Below are positions 41,401 to 56,400 of a stretch of DNA of 64,000 nt, piece by piece. The stretch is taken from assembly GCA_964270895.1 (NCBI GenBank), contig OZ185437.1; one strand, given 5' to 3'. Position 1 is the first letter of the stretch, and the number at the start of each line of letters is the position of its first letter. The notes beneath the pieces were generated by a model that was not told where the DNA came from, did no database searches, and saw only the letters and a program-made list of their open reading frames with translations. Position numbers and translations under genes: made by a program. The DNA comes from Podarcis filfolensis. Its lineage: Eukaryota.

Positions 41401-44400
41401 TTACAAGGAATAGTTCCCACAAGCCTCCAGGACCAGCACACTTTATTTTGAAAGCAGCCACACTACCACCTCTTTCAGAGCATCACCACTTCAAGCAATG
41501 AAGTGTTCATCACACCCTAAATCCAACCAACCTCTCACCTCAGACTCACTCAAATCAATCACGATGGGCAAGGGTAGAGAGGGCATATAAGTACAATGAA
41601 GTGATACTATACCTCTATTAACAAGGCTAAGAGGCTCTTAAAGTCACTTGAAAGTCTGGAAAGCTCATCCTCTTGCTTTTTGGCTTCATTCTCTGAAGAA
41701 ACTTCAGACAGGGCAGCGAGCCTAGATTTCAACCAGCTGATAGCTTCTCCTTGCTTGCAAGTTTCTTGCTGAATTTCCTGAAATATAATTAATACAGAAA
41801 TTAGAAACACAAACAAACAGTTTAGTCAAGAGTTGTGGGTTGCCCAACTACTTGATTCTGTTTACCCAGGAAGTGCCAGTTCTCTTACATTCTACTGTTT
41901 ATATCTCTTACATTCTACTGTTTATATAACCTTGTTTACATTTGCTATAAAGGTAAATATAAAGGACCCCTGGATGATTAAGTCCAGTCAAAGGCGACTA
42001 TGGGTTTGTGGCACTCATTTCACTTTCAGGCAGAGGGAGCCGACGTTTGTCCACAGACAGCTTTCCGGGTCATGTGGCCAGCATGACTAAACCACTTCTG
42101 GTGCAGCGGAACACCATGACAGAAACCAGAGCGCATGGAAATGCCATTCACCTTCCCGCTGCAGCGGTATCTATTTATCTACTTGCACTGACATGCTTTT
42201 GAACTACTAGGTTGTCAGGAGCTGTGACAGAGCAACAGGAGCTCACCCCGTCGTGGGGATTCGAACTGCTGACCTTCCGATCAGCAAGCCCAAGAGGCTC
42301 AGTGGTTTATACCACAATTCAGTGCTCTAAAATGCCAAAAGCAGAAAAGAGCTTATTTGCACTTTCAGTTTCTACCATCTGAACTCATCTTGCTAGTATT
42401 ACAAGCAAAAACATCTATCTTATTTTCAATAATTCTAAATATACCTCTATTGATGTTTTAAAGTGATTATATTTAGTGGTATCACTGGCACCATGCTTAA
42501 TCTTCTTGAGCTGGGCTTCCCTTGACGAAATCCAGTTTTCCAATTTAGAAAATCTGAAACATAACCACATAAACAACCAACAGCCAATAAGGAAACAGCA
42601 ATAGTCATTTATATAAATCTTAATGGAACTAAAAGAATAGAGTTTTGAACTTACTATACCTCAAAAGGCTGTTTAGAAGGGAAATTGTCTCTGTTAAATG
42701 TTTTCAATGATGGAACATTTAAAGCTGGTGAATATACTTTGGAAACATCCTGATCCTTCTTCTTTAATGCAGAGCCTGTACTTCTCTTAGGTATACTTTT
42801 ATATTCTGTGTTACTGTATATATGTAAGATTGGAAAAATTTCCTCTACTCCAGAGGAGTGTTGTTGTATATTAGGGCTTATCATCTGGGGCCCTAGGACT
42901 CTAAAAGCCCTATGTAAAAGTTCAGCTTAGGACCTCTAAGGAAGGGAGGGAGAGGGAAAGGGAGAGAAGGAAGAAGGCAGGCAAAAGAGAGAAATAGAAG
43001 GGAAGCCTATGAAGTTTTGGCTCCAGCCCTGCCTACTGTTGGACCACAGCTGCCCACATATTACTCCTACAGGAGTGAAGCTCTAGAAAAAAAAAAAAAA
43101 AGGTTGGCCTCTCAATAGTTATATATTTATTTGGGCATAACAAAACGATGAGCAGGAGTGCTTTTCTAATTATCTCCACCAAGGTTTTATTACGTCTTTA
43201 CCATTTTCAGACAAATAGTACCTGTCCTTGTAGTCTTTCCATTTATCTGGGTGATCCATTAGCTTCATGTAGGTGCTGGCAACCAGGGATTTAAGTTCAC
43301 TGAGGGCTTTCTGGCTACTTTGTGATGTTGTCCTAAGTGGATCCGATTCAGGCAGTTTCAAGCACAATTCATTAATCAGATGCAATCTTTTCTCACATAG
43401 CTGTAAGGAGCCTTTCTCGCCAAAGAACAACTGAAGGCAGAAAAGGAAAATGATTGCCAACTCCACTGACATATTTGATGTAATATACCTTCCATTACGG
43501 GTATTTGTACGTCTATGGAAGACAAAACTGACACATGAAGTTATAAAACCTAAAGGTCAGGTCACAGTCAATAATAATTTAAAGTCTGAGAAGTTAAGAC
43601 TGAAATTCTAAGCACACTAACTCTGTGTTTCTGGCAGTATTTTGAGCCCAGTTCACATGACAAACTTACATGCTGTTGATTCTGAACGACTGCTTTTTCA
43701 CATAAATAAGCTCACACATAACCTCATAGTTTCTCACATATGTATTTAAAATCTTGCAAGTACATTTCAATTTAAAAAAAGATATGACAGTGCATTTGTG
43801 AGAAGACACACACCTTCTCTCCAGCTTGTGCCACCATTGCAAGGAATCCAGCCCTCAAACTGCCACATGGTAGTGTTTTTTATACTTTATTTTTCTCTCC
43901 CCTCATGAGTATTACAATTACTATTGAGATTCTATATATCAAATGTGACTGTTTAAAGTACCTAATGGGCAGCCCTCCCCATGTGATCACTGTTGACCAG
44001 GCACTAGTAATTTTGATTAATTTTTTTATAATCACTGAGCTATACAAGTACCCTTGGATCACAATCCAAGTTGGAGAATCCTATCCATTTGACTGTGGAA
44101 GTTGAAATCATATAGGGTTTATTTCAACACAAGCGTATCTTGAACAGGAATGTAAGGATCATATTGCTTGTCTTCTGAAGCACATTGTGTACTTCACAAT
44201 TCTCATGGAATTGTACAAGCACATATGTACAATTTCTACATGTACCCATATAACTGCTTTTCAGGCTTACCTTGTGCTCTCTAATTATCTTCTCACTGCT
44301 CTCCTTGGACACCAGCTCTTGCTCTCGAGCTAGTTCAGCATGGCATTCTTGCACTGTTGCTAGGAATTTGCTCTTTTCCACTTGTATCTTCAAGCGAAGT

Positions 44401-47400
44401 AAATGGTATGGGGCTTCTGACTGGGCATCCTACACTCCATAAACGGTGGGAGAGGAAAGAGGAAGTTAACATGATACTCATTTCCATTATTTTATAATAT
44501 GATGTTAATAATTTTTTTAATATTGTTTGAGCTGCACAATGTAAGTAAATATAAACACATGGGGATTTCTAATTTTGCCTGTTCAAGAAAAGCTGAGAAG
44601 AAAATTTGTACAAAGAGACCACCCACAGAGACCAAGTGGAACCATGCTTACTTAAATCTGGAAATACTAACCTTCCATTGCTTATGTAACTTCCTAACAG
44701 CTTCCTGAAGAGAGCGTTGTTCTTGCTCAGGAAGGATATCAGTAAGCTCATCACAAGCTTTCAGGAAAGCATTTAGCACCCTCTGGTCCAACTGACTGAA
44801 AAAATCCTGATGTTGAAAAATAATAGTACATAGTGAGAACGTTACTGCTTTGCTAGGGAAAACACACAACTGGTGACAAAATCTCAGACTAAAGGAGGAA
44901 GGTGGTATTGCTGTTGGGCCTGCTTTTATGAATGGCATCTGAGCCTATATTGTCCAAACTACCAGAAAAGCATGGCCAATACAAATACTTCATATCACTA
45001 GGAACTTAGGACATGTGGGTATTTTGGTGTTGTAGTGGTAATATTGGTAATGATAATGATAATGATAAATTATTACAATGATGAAGTAGTAGCCACATCA
45101 AGCAACAAGGTTCCATATCACCACTTTCCTCTAAATCTTTATTGGCAGGAAACAGAGCTACACTTAGTACATAATTTATATTACTAAGTTCCATATAAAA
45201 TGTCCCTTGTGCTGCTCACTCCCCGTCCAGCTACATAAACCCCAAACATTACTCAGAATGGGAGGCCAGTTTTTATTTCTCACATAGCTACTCATGGGAA
45301 TTCTCTTTCAAGCTATGGGGGAAAGGTGTGGGTGGGCAGCTATATGCAAGTACACACCGACTTTCTGTTCTGAGTAACAGATGGTACACTGTGATTTGTG
45401 CACATCCACAAAGGTGTGAGGTTATTTTCGTCCTCTCCCCACAAGCAGAAATTTGCCTGCAGCAGGAAAAGGTCAATCATATCCTAACTTATGGGTCTGG
45501 AGTAGGTTAATTCTCAATTTCACTAAAATCAGCTTTTTCAGAAATTATATCCTGTCACATACAAATATGTAAATGCTTGCTTTATTGTGATTCCTAAATA
45601 TACATGGCTATCAGCTGAATAGGATCATGTTGAAAATAAGAGTTTATACTCACGGTATGTTTTCTGAGAAGTTCTTCAGGTCTGCCTTTTTCCTTTAGGC
45701 AACGATGTGCTATCTGTAGAACATTTTCTAATTCTGTTCTGGATTCCTCAAACTGCTTCATCAAATGACTGTTTGCCTCCACATTTTTCTTCCAGTCACT
45801 TGTCTTCTTGGCCATATTCTTTGTAAATGAAAACAGAAAAAGATAACAATAGCTTTAGGCGTGGTATGCAACAAAGTTTTACTCAGAATAGACCCACTGA
45901 AAAAAAAAATGAACTGAAATGAATGAAGTTATCTCCATTGATTTAAGTAGGTCTACTTTAAGTAAAACTTAGTCGCCTATCACCCTAGTTTTCATGATTA
46001 TGTTACTCTACTCCAAATGGAACAAAACAAAATGATGAACATTTCCGTGTTTCCTTTTAAGCATTTCTTTAATAAGAAGCTTTGAAAGAGTCTGACTTCT
46101 GTGAGGGTAGGTTAGATTTAGTCTGCTTTAATATGCACATGGCCTGAAAACTGGATATTTTGAGAGCTATAGTGCTTAAATCATCAATGGGAAATCAAAC
46201 AGGGCAAAATCAGATACGACCCACAATTTGTCTGAAATCTGATACAGTATATTGCTAACACGCCAATATCTAAAAAGTAATAGTTCTGAAAACCTAGTTT
46301 AAACTGGCCTTAGCTCCTAAGTCCCCCAGACCTTCTCTTTCTTTCCATCACAATCACCTGCAATACCTGAAACCGCCTCCATTTCACACTGCAGTTACTG
46401 GGACCAGCACAGTGGTGAAAGGTGGAACCAGAAGAATTGAGAGAGGAGGAGGAATATTTCTCCCTGTCCTCTCAAGCCAGTGGTGTACTGCTTAGTGGCC
46501 CTTGTGGAAAAAATGCTTCCCCAAAGGCCACTGGACCTGCACAGCATGTCTCCCTTTCTCTCATCATGAAGGAGCCACTGCCATTTGCTCCAGTAAGAAA
46601 GTTCAAGGAGGAAAGGGTTTTGGTGGCCAGGGGCTAAAGCAAAGGTTAGGCACCTCTCCTCCAGTGGACCACCATTCCAAATTTTCATCTCCTGAAGCAG
46701 CTTGCCTTTGGAAAAAAAAATGTATGTCACATGCTGCTGGGTTCTCTGGCTGCTTCCTTCTCTACTCTTGTCATCTAACCTGCATTTTTATTTCTACAGC
46801 ATAATTTGGCAAGGGTTTTCCCAAAATTTATCAGACTCAGGAAAATCTTCTTTGTGTAATCATAGAACTGAAAAGTAACCCGGAGGCTGCCTAGTTCAAC
46901 CTCTCAACTAAATGCAGAATCTGTGATGCAGGATGCAGCTAAAGCATCTCGTAACAGAGAGATGCCCAGCCTCTTCTTTCACACCTCAAGCTGCCTTATT
47001 TGACGTTATCTGGGTGGCTCTGGCTTTCTTCTCAGACATTTGAGATGAAGGCTCAGCTCTTTCATGCTGGGAGTGCTGCAGAATGGACCAACCTCCTTTC
47101 ACAACAAATTACCTGAAAAGCAGCTTGTATTTCTACTACTTTCTTTTGAAGCACCGAAAGATTGAAGTGGTGTAACACCTTACTTGAAGTCACAAACTTC
47201 ACAATGGTCTGACTGTTTCTCTCAATTAGTGATATGTCTTTCTTGCAATTTTCTTGATAAGCTACTAGATCCTAAAAGAAAATGAAAAATGAAAGCAAAA
47301 TTAAAAGTGTTTTTACAGTAAGGAAAACTAAATAGTCAAAATAACACCAGTCTCAAACTAATACATCCATGTGGTATGTCCACATTTTTTCTTTTTTAAC

Positions 47401-50400
47401 ATAATAATAATGAGTGAATTTATCCTTAAAATACAGAAGTTGCAGTAGTATCATTTCACAAAAGTTAGGTGTTATTTATTATTTTGCAAACGTTTTTTAA
47501 AGGTCGTAGTCCTGTGTGAGGTTTATGTGTACTGAAGCCCCAATGTTTTCAAATAGCTCTTGAGCATTTGAAATGAAACAGGATTGATCATGTAAAATTT
47601 TAATGTAAATTTTAGTTTTTAAAATATTATTACAGAAGATTCATTGATACTCATTAAATGCTTCAAGGCTATTTTCCTATGTAAATATGTTACATTTATG
47701 ACAAACCCGTATTGTGGGCTTATTAGCATTCAGAAAGCAATTTCTGTGTCATATGGAAAATTCACCTGTAACATTAGTTATGTATGTCTCAGCAGGTGAC
47801 TAAGGCTGCAGTTTTAAAAACATCTTGTATATAATTCAGCCCCAGTAAAATCTAGTGGGGGGCTACCTTTGAGTGAATATACTTGGGATCAGGATTTAAG
47901 TTACTCATACGCATGTTCCTTCGTCTCTATCACTGCATTCCCCAGAAGATAAAGAGGCACATCAAAGCAAAAAAATAAAAGGCACTCAGCAAGTAGAATC
48001 CATTAAAATTTAATGATTATTGTTTAAAACATCACAAAAAGTAAGGTGGTGCCTTAAGTGTTTTAGAAAGTACCATTATTGTAATTTTTAAAAGCAAAGA
48101 TCAGCAGCCTGGAATAATATGGCAGGTATGGTTTAATTATGATTTCTCCAAAGCAGGATTATCTCCTGAAGCAGAGCCTATGGTAGAGGGAACTTGCTTA
48201 CCAGACAATTTTAATGTCATATTCCTTTGATTCCTTACAAAGATTTACTAAAGTATTCCTTCTAATGATAGCAGATGAGATTCCTGGGTTCTAATAGAAG
48301 TGCGTGATAGCTGCATAGGTCAAAGAGCTGCATATTGCTTTAATAAGGATAGATTCACAACGCTGTATGAGGCCTTTTTTCCTGTTCACTCAGAAGAATA
48401 ACATTTTTTCATTGGTGCACAGGGTTGCTGCCTAAGCTTGCAAAGGTGACTTCTGCTTTCAACACTCTGCACTCAACACACTATTTATGATAACGTGTAG
48501 AAGCGAAAGGAAAGTCCAATGCTGTAAAGAAAAATATTGCATAGGAACCTGGAATGTAAGAACCATGAACCTGGGTAAGTTGGATGTGGTCAAAAATGAG
48601 ATGGCAAGAATAAATATTGACATCCTGGGCATCAGTGAACTAAAATGGATGGGAATAGGCGAATTCAGTTCGGATGACCATCATATCTACTACTGTGGGC
48701 AAGAAACCCACAAAAGAAATGGAGTGGCCCTCATAATCAACAAAAGAGTGGCGTAAGCAGTACTGGGATGCAATCTCAAAAATGATAGAATGATCTCGAT
48801 ACGAATCCAAGGCAGACCTTTTAACATCACAGCAATCCAAGTTTATGCACCAACTACTGGTGCTGAAGAAACTGAAATTGACCAATTCTATGAAGACTTA
48901 CAACACCTTATAGAACTGACACCAAAGAAGGATATTCTTCTCATTATAGGGGATTGGAATGCTAAAGTAGGGAGTCAAGAGATAAAAGGAACAACTGGCA
49001 AGTTTGGCCTTGGAGAGCAAAATGAAGCAGGGCAAAGGCTAATAGAGTTCAACTGTTCAACTGAATCTCCCCTTTGAGCATTCATGGAAGAAATACCTGA
49101 TGTTGCTGTTTAAAAACATCGGCAGGTTGGACTTCGGGGTCTAGGACAGAAATAATTTCATTGACTTTCTCAAGAGATTCATAAAAATTTGTAATTTGCT
49201 TCTCCAATTCTTCCAGGTGAGGCAGCAGCTGCTGAGATTCATAGAGCACAACCGGACAGGTACCATCTACCTGAGAAATATATATATATTCACATTATTG
49301 TATATTGTGCATTTTTAAAGTAAAATGGGCCTTATAATGCATCATTATTCCCTTAGCCCCAACATAAAAGGTTTAAAATAGTAACAGGTTCCTATAATAT
49401 TATTCACTTTATGTTGACTATATGTAGTTATTAAATTATCATTAGAACATTTGTGTGGGTGAGATGTCATTCTACTGTCTTATACTCCACATCAGCTTCT
49501 CTCTCCCACACATTTCTCTGCCTACCCTTTTAGCCTCATCTTACCTGCCATCCTTGCCTGATTTCCTCTTTGATAGGGCAAGTAATACTGCAATCCTACA
49601 GGCACTCATCTGGGAGAAAGTCCCACTGAATTCTCCGAGACTTACTTCCAAGTAGGCATGCACATCAGTCCTAGCCTTACATCTAAGCTTTAGAACATCT
49701 TCAACAATTGCTTGAATACCTTGCCAAGCTGTCCTTTGATTCCTGACATAGTTGCAAGCATTTCATTGACTTCTTCTGGTGGGAGTTCCTTGGTAACCAG
49801 TTGTGCTGTCCTTGTAACCATCTTGTACTGAGATTCCATCACAGGCACTTTCTGTTTAATATCCTGCAACAAATAGTTCAGCAGTAACTATGTATGTAGG
49901 TATGCACTTTCTTTTTATACAGTGACTGTCCGGCTAGTTGTAGGTGCAAGATCTACTCTGGGTAAAACTTAATACTACCTCTGGTCCACCATTATAATGA
50001 CTACACTACACCAGCTCTTCCTGGTTCTCATGTAAGCAAGGGAGAAATACAACGGAAAGTGTAATATTTGCAAGGAAAGAAAGTACCTGAAAACCAGAAC
50101 ATATAAACTGATGCACCAGCTAAATAAGGCTCTGCCCTAGAGGATGCACTCTCCCATAAGCCCTGGGTACAACAGGCAGGACAGGATAGAAGACAAGGGA
50201 ATAATAGTTGGGTAAACTAAACCTAGTCCCCCAACACTCTGGACCAGTGTGGGAGGTGCTGTTGGGAGCTGAAAGGGTAGCAAAACATCACCTTGCTCTC
50301 TCCATTGGACTCAACCCTGAATGTTTAAAGAATGGTCTCTGCTGGAAGAAAAAGAAACTTGCCTCTATTTCTTGAACAAACATTTTCATATTTAGAAAGG

Positions 50401-53400
50401 ACACTTCTAAAGGAGCACGGAATTTCCTCTTTGCTTGATCAGTGAAAGCAGACAAGGCAGCTACACCATCCAAATATTCTTTTCTCATTCTTTCTAATTC
50501 ATCAGCCCGAGCGTACTATGAAAGCAGATAAAACAGAGGGTCAATAGAACACTGACTGGTTCAGGAGCAAATGCTTGCATTTCATTCAGTATTATTTTTA
50601 GAACTCCGTGAAGTGATATTTTCGCATTGAAAATAGCATTAAGTAACATGCACATCTTTACAGTGGCACAGGAAGGGGGTGCGGTGGGAGCGGCCCACCC
50701 CAGGTGTCATCACTGAGGGGGGTGTTCAGTCAACAAACGCGACAAAATGTGGCTGAACTCGACGCTGTGTAGTGGAGAGTGTATGGATAAGGAGTCAGAA
50801 TAGTATGTTCTGCATCTGAGGTCAGAGGAAGTATGCCAGAATTGCACTGGCGGTGCCACGGGGCTTTCCGCCCTCCCTCCCCATTGGTGGGGGAGCCTGT
50901 GCCTGTGCCGCTGCCCCCTGAACTTACTCAGGCTCGGGCATCGCTCTTAAAGGCAGAGGCAGGCAAGAGGGGAAAGCAAGCCGTCCCACCAGCACTTGGG
51001 AGTTGTGTGAAGCCACTTCTTTCTTTGCTGCCACGCACTCTGTATCTCTGTTACACTCAGGTATTCATGGGTTTCTTTTCCTGAGTAATGAGCTGTGTTT
51101 TTGAAGTTGCGAACAAATTTACATGGTGACCCTTTTCTCCTCCTCCTCTCTCTCTCTCTCTCTCTGTGCCCCCTTCCACCTTTCCACATATCCCCGCTTA
51201 ACTGTTTCCTGCCTCGCTTTAAATCCTTTCTCACATGGAAAGACACCTTGGGGAAGTGATTTTGCCCTTTCGGCTCCTTTTTGTGTTAATGGGTAACAAC
51301 TATGGAACAAAAACCACCAAGGACATACTTGTTTGACTTGCATAAATAACTCTCTCCATCGTCCATTCAGCAACAGCAGCTGTTGTTTTAAATCTCTGGA
51401 AATGGTCTCATCACACGTTTCGATCAGAAAATTGCCAGCATCATTCATAGCAGTGTGCTGCTGAATCCACTGTGGTAAATGCCGGAAGAAATCCTAAGAA
51501 GAACACAACTAGCAATGAATTCTGAAAATGCAAACATAAAAACCTCACACCACTTATTAAAGCATCATTTGGTTTCCTCCTTACTTCCCTTTACAACTAG
51601 ACTGACAATGTCTGTTTTCTGCATGTTGTAAAAAATGAAAACCTTTGGTACCTATTTGTTATGGGGGCAGGTAGCCATCATTAAGACTTCCCAAATGAAG
51701 ATTTGAGACACTGAAGTGCAACCTTGCTTTATTTACAGTTCATGCTTCAACAAATGCACTTGCCTTGATAAGAATAAATAGGTAACCCTCTTTCAAACTT
51801 TGAAGCTACAAATGTGAACAAGAGCAGCTGTGAGATGATCCCAACCTCTTCAACTTCATACTGGGGAGAAAGGCTGAGGACTGTGTGGCCAAAGCACTCA
51901 AAGAACCTCGGAGACTGTGTAGGACTAAACTGGCAAAAAAAGCCACCAAAATATTTACTGGCCCTGCCTTCTAAAGGGAAGCATGGGGGCACCTATGCAG
52001 AAACTGTACATATCAGAGATTCTATGTGTGTAAGGAGATCCTGGACCAGGCTGATCTTTGAAGACACAATGCATGATAGCCTTCAGCAAACTATGATGAT
52101 AAATTATTTCTACTACCTATTTCTTTCCATATTCTGAGCCTTGGCTTCTTTCAAAGCTAATCCTCTGATCACTCTTGTCGGAGGACCTGAGCATATAGTG
52201 GCTTCACTACTGTTGGTGCTACATCTAGGTGTATGTGTCTCCTCTTTCCATTTCCTTCTCTCCGGGAGACAATGCCAGACCTGTCTCTACCTCTGAATCC
52301 TCCTGCCCTGCAGGGCTGCCAACTTGAATAATTTTTTTGCGGGGAGGGGCAGGTAAGCAATTACATGACATGGCACATTTGAATGGCAATACTTATCAAC
52401 TTTGGGGGGCACTGGCCCCCTCAAATATTTTATTGGGGGGGGGCTGAAGGGACCTTGGCCCCTAGGAGTTGTCTCCTATGTTGCCCTGTAACATCTAGCC
52501 TGCCCCCTTTCCAATAGTTGACCGAATCTATTGTAACTAATTATTTGTTTTGTTAGCAAATGATGCTGGTCCACATGTATGTCCAGTGCTGCTGTGCTTA
52601 ACGTTCTTTGGATCAGGGTCCCTGTTAAACAATGGCAAAGAGCACACACAGCCACTATAGCATTTATCAAAGAATGTTCCTTACCTTTTTGGCATGTTCA
52701 GATTGATTCAGCATTTTTTCGGCATCTTCTAGCCAGGCTTGCAGACTGGCCACTGTGCTGCTATATCGGTCCCAATTAGCAATGACTTCTTCTAACATGC
52801 TTCTCACACTTCTCACCTCTACTGACAAGTGCCTCCACTGTGTTGTTGTCTCATTCATGAATCTCATAACACTCTCTATCTCTTCGGCTGAAATACAGTA
52901 CTGGAGTTTAACATAAATCTTGACCCAACTGAAATGAGTATTCCCAGAGCTGCAACTTTTAATCCATTAATTGGTTAGATTAACCACTTCTAAAACTTTT
53001 GATTGGCCCCAAACTGTGCCCTGGTTAACTGGGCAGTAGCGTTTTGCTTTTGTTTTCAATGTTTAACCTGGTACGGATGAAAACGGCATATGGTGAGCAG
53101 CATCTTTAAAGAAGTATCCCTCCTTCTCCCTAATGCAGGGGGGAATAGAATGTTACTTCAAATATTACGTCTGCTACAACCAGTGCTTTTTTCTAGAAAA
53201 AGAGGTGCCGGAACTCACCATGAACGCCTCCCTTGTTCTCTTATAATGGCAATGGGGCCCCACCTGAGAGGTGTTGGAACTAGGTTCCAGTGAGTCCCAG
53301 CTGAAAAAAAACCCTGGCTACAACACACATGCACTCACAGTCTCAACACAGAGTGTGTTTTTTCACTTCAGAGCTATTGCCTTAGGTCATATGTAAATTT

Positions 53401-56400
53401 AATTAATATTGCCACCCCAATGGCTTAAAAATATGAGCTGGCATGGTTAATTCACCCCACCCCCATGACGCTAAAGGGAGGAATTTTTTAAAAAAATGGA
53501 AAATGGGGGGGGGGAGGCAGGAGAGAATAATCCACTTCTCCACCCATCTCCATAGGGAATTCTCTTGTTTGTATTTATAGAACATTCCCTAGTGCTTGGT
53601 AATTGCTACAATAACTGTACAGCGTCAGTAGTATTATTACCCCCAGCCTTACTGCAGGTGTGCGACTGGGCTATATGGTTCTTATTTATCCTAAAGCCTA
53701 GTTCTTATACCACTGGAAATACATGACCAAGAAAAGGGAAATGGTCTTTGCTATATCAATGCAATCTTAAGGCTAAGAAGCACTTTGTACAAACAATAAA
53801 ATATGTAAGGAATATCACAGTGTATCTGTTCATTTCTTATACAATGCTGGCCTATAGATTAATAGAAATCTGTTTATCAAACAAGGAAGCACAAAGCCAC
53901 ATCAATTTCTCTGTACTAAGGGTAGAACATGTGGATGATACAGGTGCCTGAAATCAACAATGATACACCCATTAAATTACTAGCTGTTACCGATAATGCT
54001 GTCAAGGGACTCCTATGTTTTGCTTAGGGACTGCTTGCTTCCATATGCTTCAGTGCAAAACTAGAGAATGCCTACTGCGTTATTGCCAAGAATATTGCTT
54101 TGAATTTTCTTCATCTAGTTGATCTTCTAGTTGTTAATTTGTACACTGAACTCTAATTTTGTCATGTTCCAAATTGCTTAGCAACAGTTCAGCTTGATCA
54201 TACAGCAAAAATGGAATCTAGAAGCACTTTAATCTAATGCCAAACAAATATATTGTTACTTACATGAGCCATTAGCTCTGGCGTACATCTCAGCTGCCTT
54301 TTTCAAGATTTGGTAAGTAACTTCATACTGCTCAAAAAATTTGTTATTTTCTATAACAGACTGAAAAGAAAAAAAAAGAGAGAGAGAATGCAAATGATAT
54401 TGATACAATTTATGGGGAAATAAACATTACCTACATTTTCACATATGTTAAGAATTTTGTCTGATTTCATCTTTCTCTATTGGCTTATAAAATGAAATAT
54501 GGAAATGCTTCTGAACATTTATAAACTTTACACCATCATCAAAAAGTGCATTACTTTGTAAAATATTAACAGAGGATTTCAATAATCATTGAGCACAAAT
54601 TATTAGTTATTAAAAGGTGTCACAATTAGGGATTGGGATGTCATTCAGATTAAATGAATGACTGTCTTATAATGCATCAGAGCACTGATCCGTCTAATTC
54701 AGAATTTAATTTTTTAATTAAATTTCCATTTTACATTTTAGAATATTCACTTAAACAACCTTAAAATATCAATGACTTCCCTTCCTCTCTTTTCATTTTG
54801 AACAACATAAATCCCTTCACATTTTATATAAACTAATTCAATACTGTCTATAGTAACGTGCAGAGCAGATTTGGGGATGGGACGAGAGTAGGAGAGGGAG
54901 GCTAACCACTTGTGCTAGTGCTAATCGTTGCATTGGCACAAAAATGTTTGTTGAATACTGCCCCATATCTATTCAAATGTCCTATTGAATTTGATGGATC
55001 TTACTTCAAAGTTAAGTGGGATTTGACTTGCACAGAAATGAATGGAGAAAGGAGAATACTGGGGAGATGAATGGCCTGTCTGCAACTACAAAATGCAACT
55101 TGACTTTACTAGTAAGCTCTTCTAGTGTCAACTTTACATGTTGACACTTTACATGTTACTAGTATTAACTTTACATGTTAGCAACTGTAAATGATATGTT
55201 GCACTGAAGAACAGACTAGGGACTCAGCTACACAGCTGCAAATAAAACGTTTTAAATGTGTTGTAAAGTGTAACATACAAATGCGACACTAGATGCAAAG
55301 TTCAACGTATTTTTCAAAACATTTTAAAATAATGCATTTTCACAGCGTTTTTTATATGTGTATAGATTCCACCTAGGTCATTCTCCTCCCACCTCAAAAA
55401 TCCATAGATAATTAAAACAAGGGGGACCCTTCAGCAAGATATTGCAGTGTTTGTAACTGCTCCAGTCTAGCACCTTGCACCCCAACCTGGCTGACAGCTC
55501 CACCCAACAGTCTCGTGCTCCAACAGAAGGTCAGCATTCTGAAAGGGTTGTGGGGGTTATGGGTATATTGTGCCCAATCCAAGCTGTATTAAATTATTTT
55601 ATTTCTCCATTAATTTCTATGGATGGCTCTCTCTCCCATTCATGGGGTCATTTAAAAATAGCTTCTAATAAAACAGAAAGTGACCTTTTCTGACAATGAG
55701 ATGGTTCTTCCTACCACATATATATACCGGTATACATTTCTCCACACTCCTGTTCCAATTACTCCATTCTATTCCAACCTCTCACTCAACTGTCAGTTCC
55801 CCCCACCTCCTTCCAGTCTTTTAATGTACTGTGACATCATGTTATTATTGGACTATTTTAGGGTACCCCCCTTAAGTTTCCACCCCCAGAAGTTTTTTTC
55901 TTAAAAATTGTGCATATCTTTCCCACCTCTTTTAAAAATGGAAGCTATGATGATCAGATTCGGTAAAAGCAACCAAACAACAAAATTTGCACCACTGCTA
56001 TCTCAACCACAGAGACTTGTTGGTCTTGCAATCTTTAGGAAGACTTAGGATGCAGTGATCAATACACCACCCTAGTCTACACCATGGTTGTCAGCTGGGA
56101 CTTGGGGCTGCTCTATTAGTTATACTTAGATTCCATTGAAACCAGTGGAACTCAAGTCATAAATAGATCGTTCCAATGAATTCAGTGGAACCTAAGTAAC
56201 TTAGTCCAGATCCAACACTATGTGTGGAACATCTTTATAGTGGTATACTATATCAATATATTATATTGATTATATTATATTGATATAATCTGTGCATCAA
56301 AAATACAAACTTGTCTCATACTGGCCAGAACCTTGGTCCATCTAGCTCAGTATTACCTACTGACTGGCTTTCCAGGATTTCAGCCAGTAGCCTTTACCAA

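Noticed and set aside
2406-45820. AAG acceptors at 2406, 7783, 26376 and 45819
   Set aside because: Uncommon but canonical AG sites; frame and homology support normal use.
18355-49270. Exons beginning with GT (AG|GT) as recursive splice sites (18355, 28350, 49270)
   Set aside because: Explained by conserved Val codons; introns are short and the reconstituted donors are weak.
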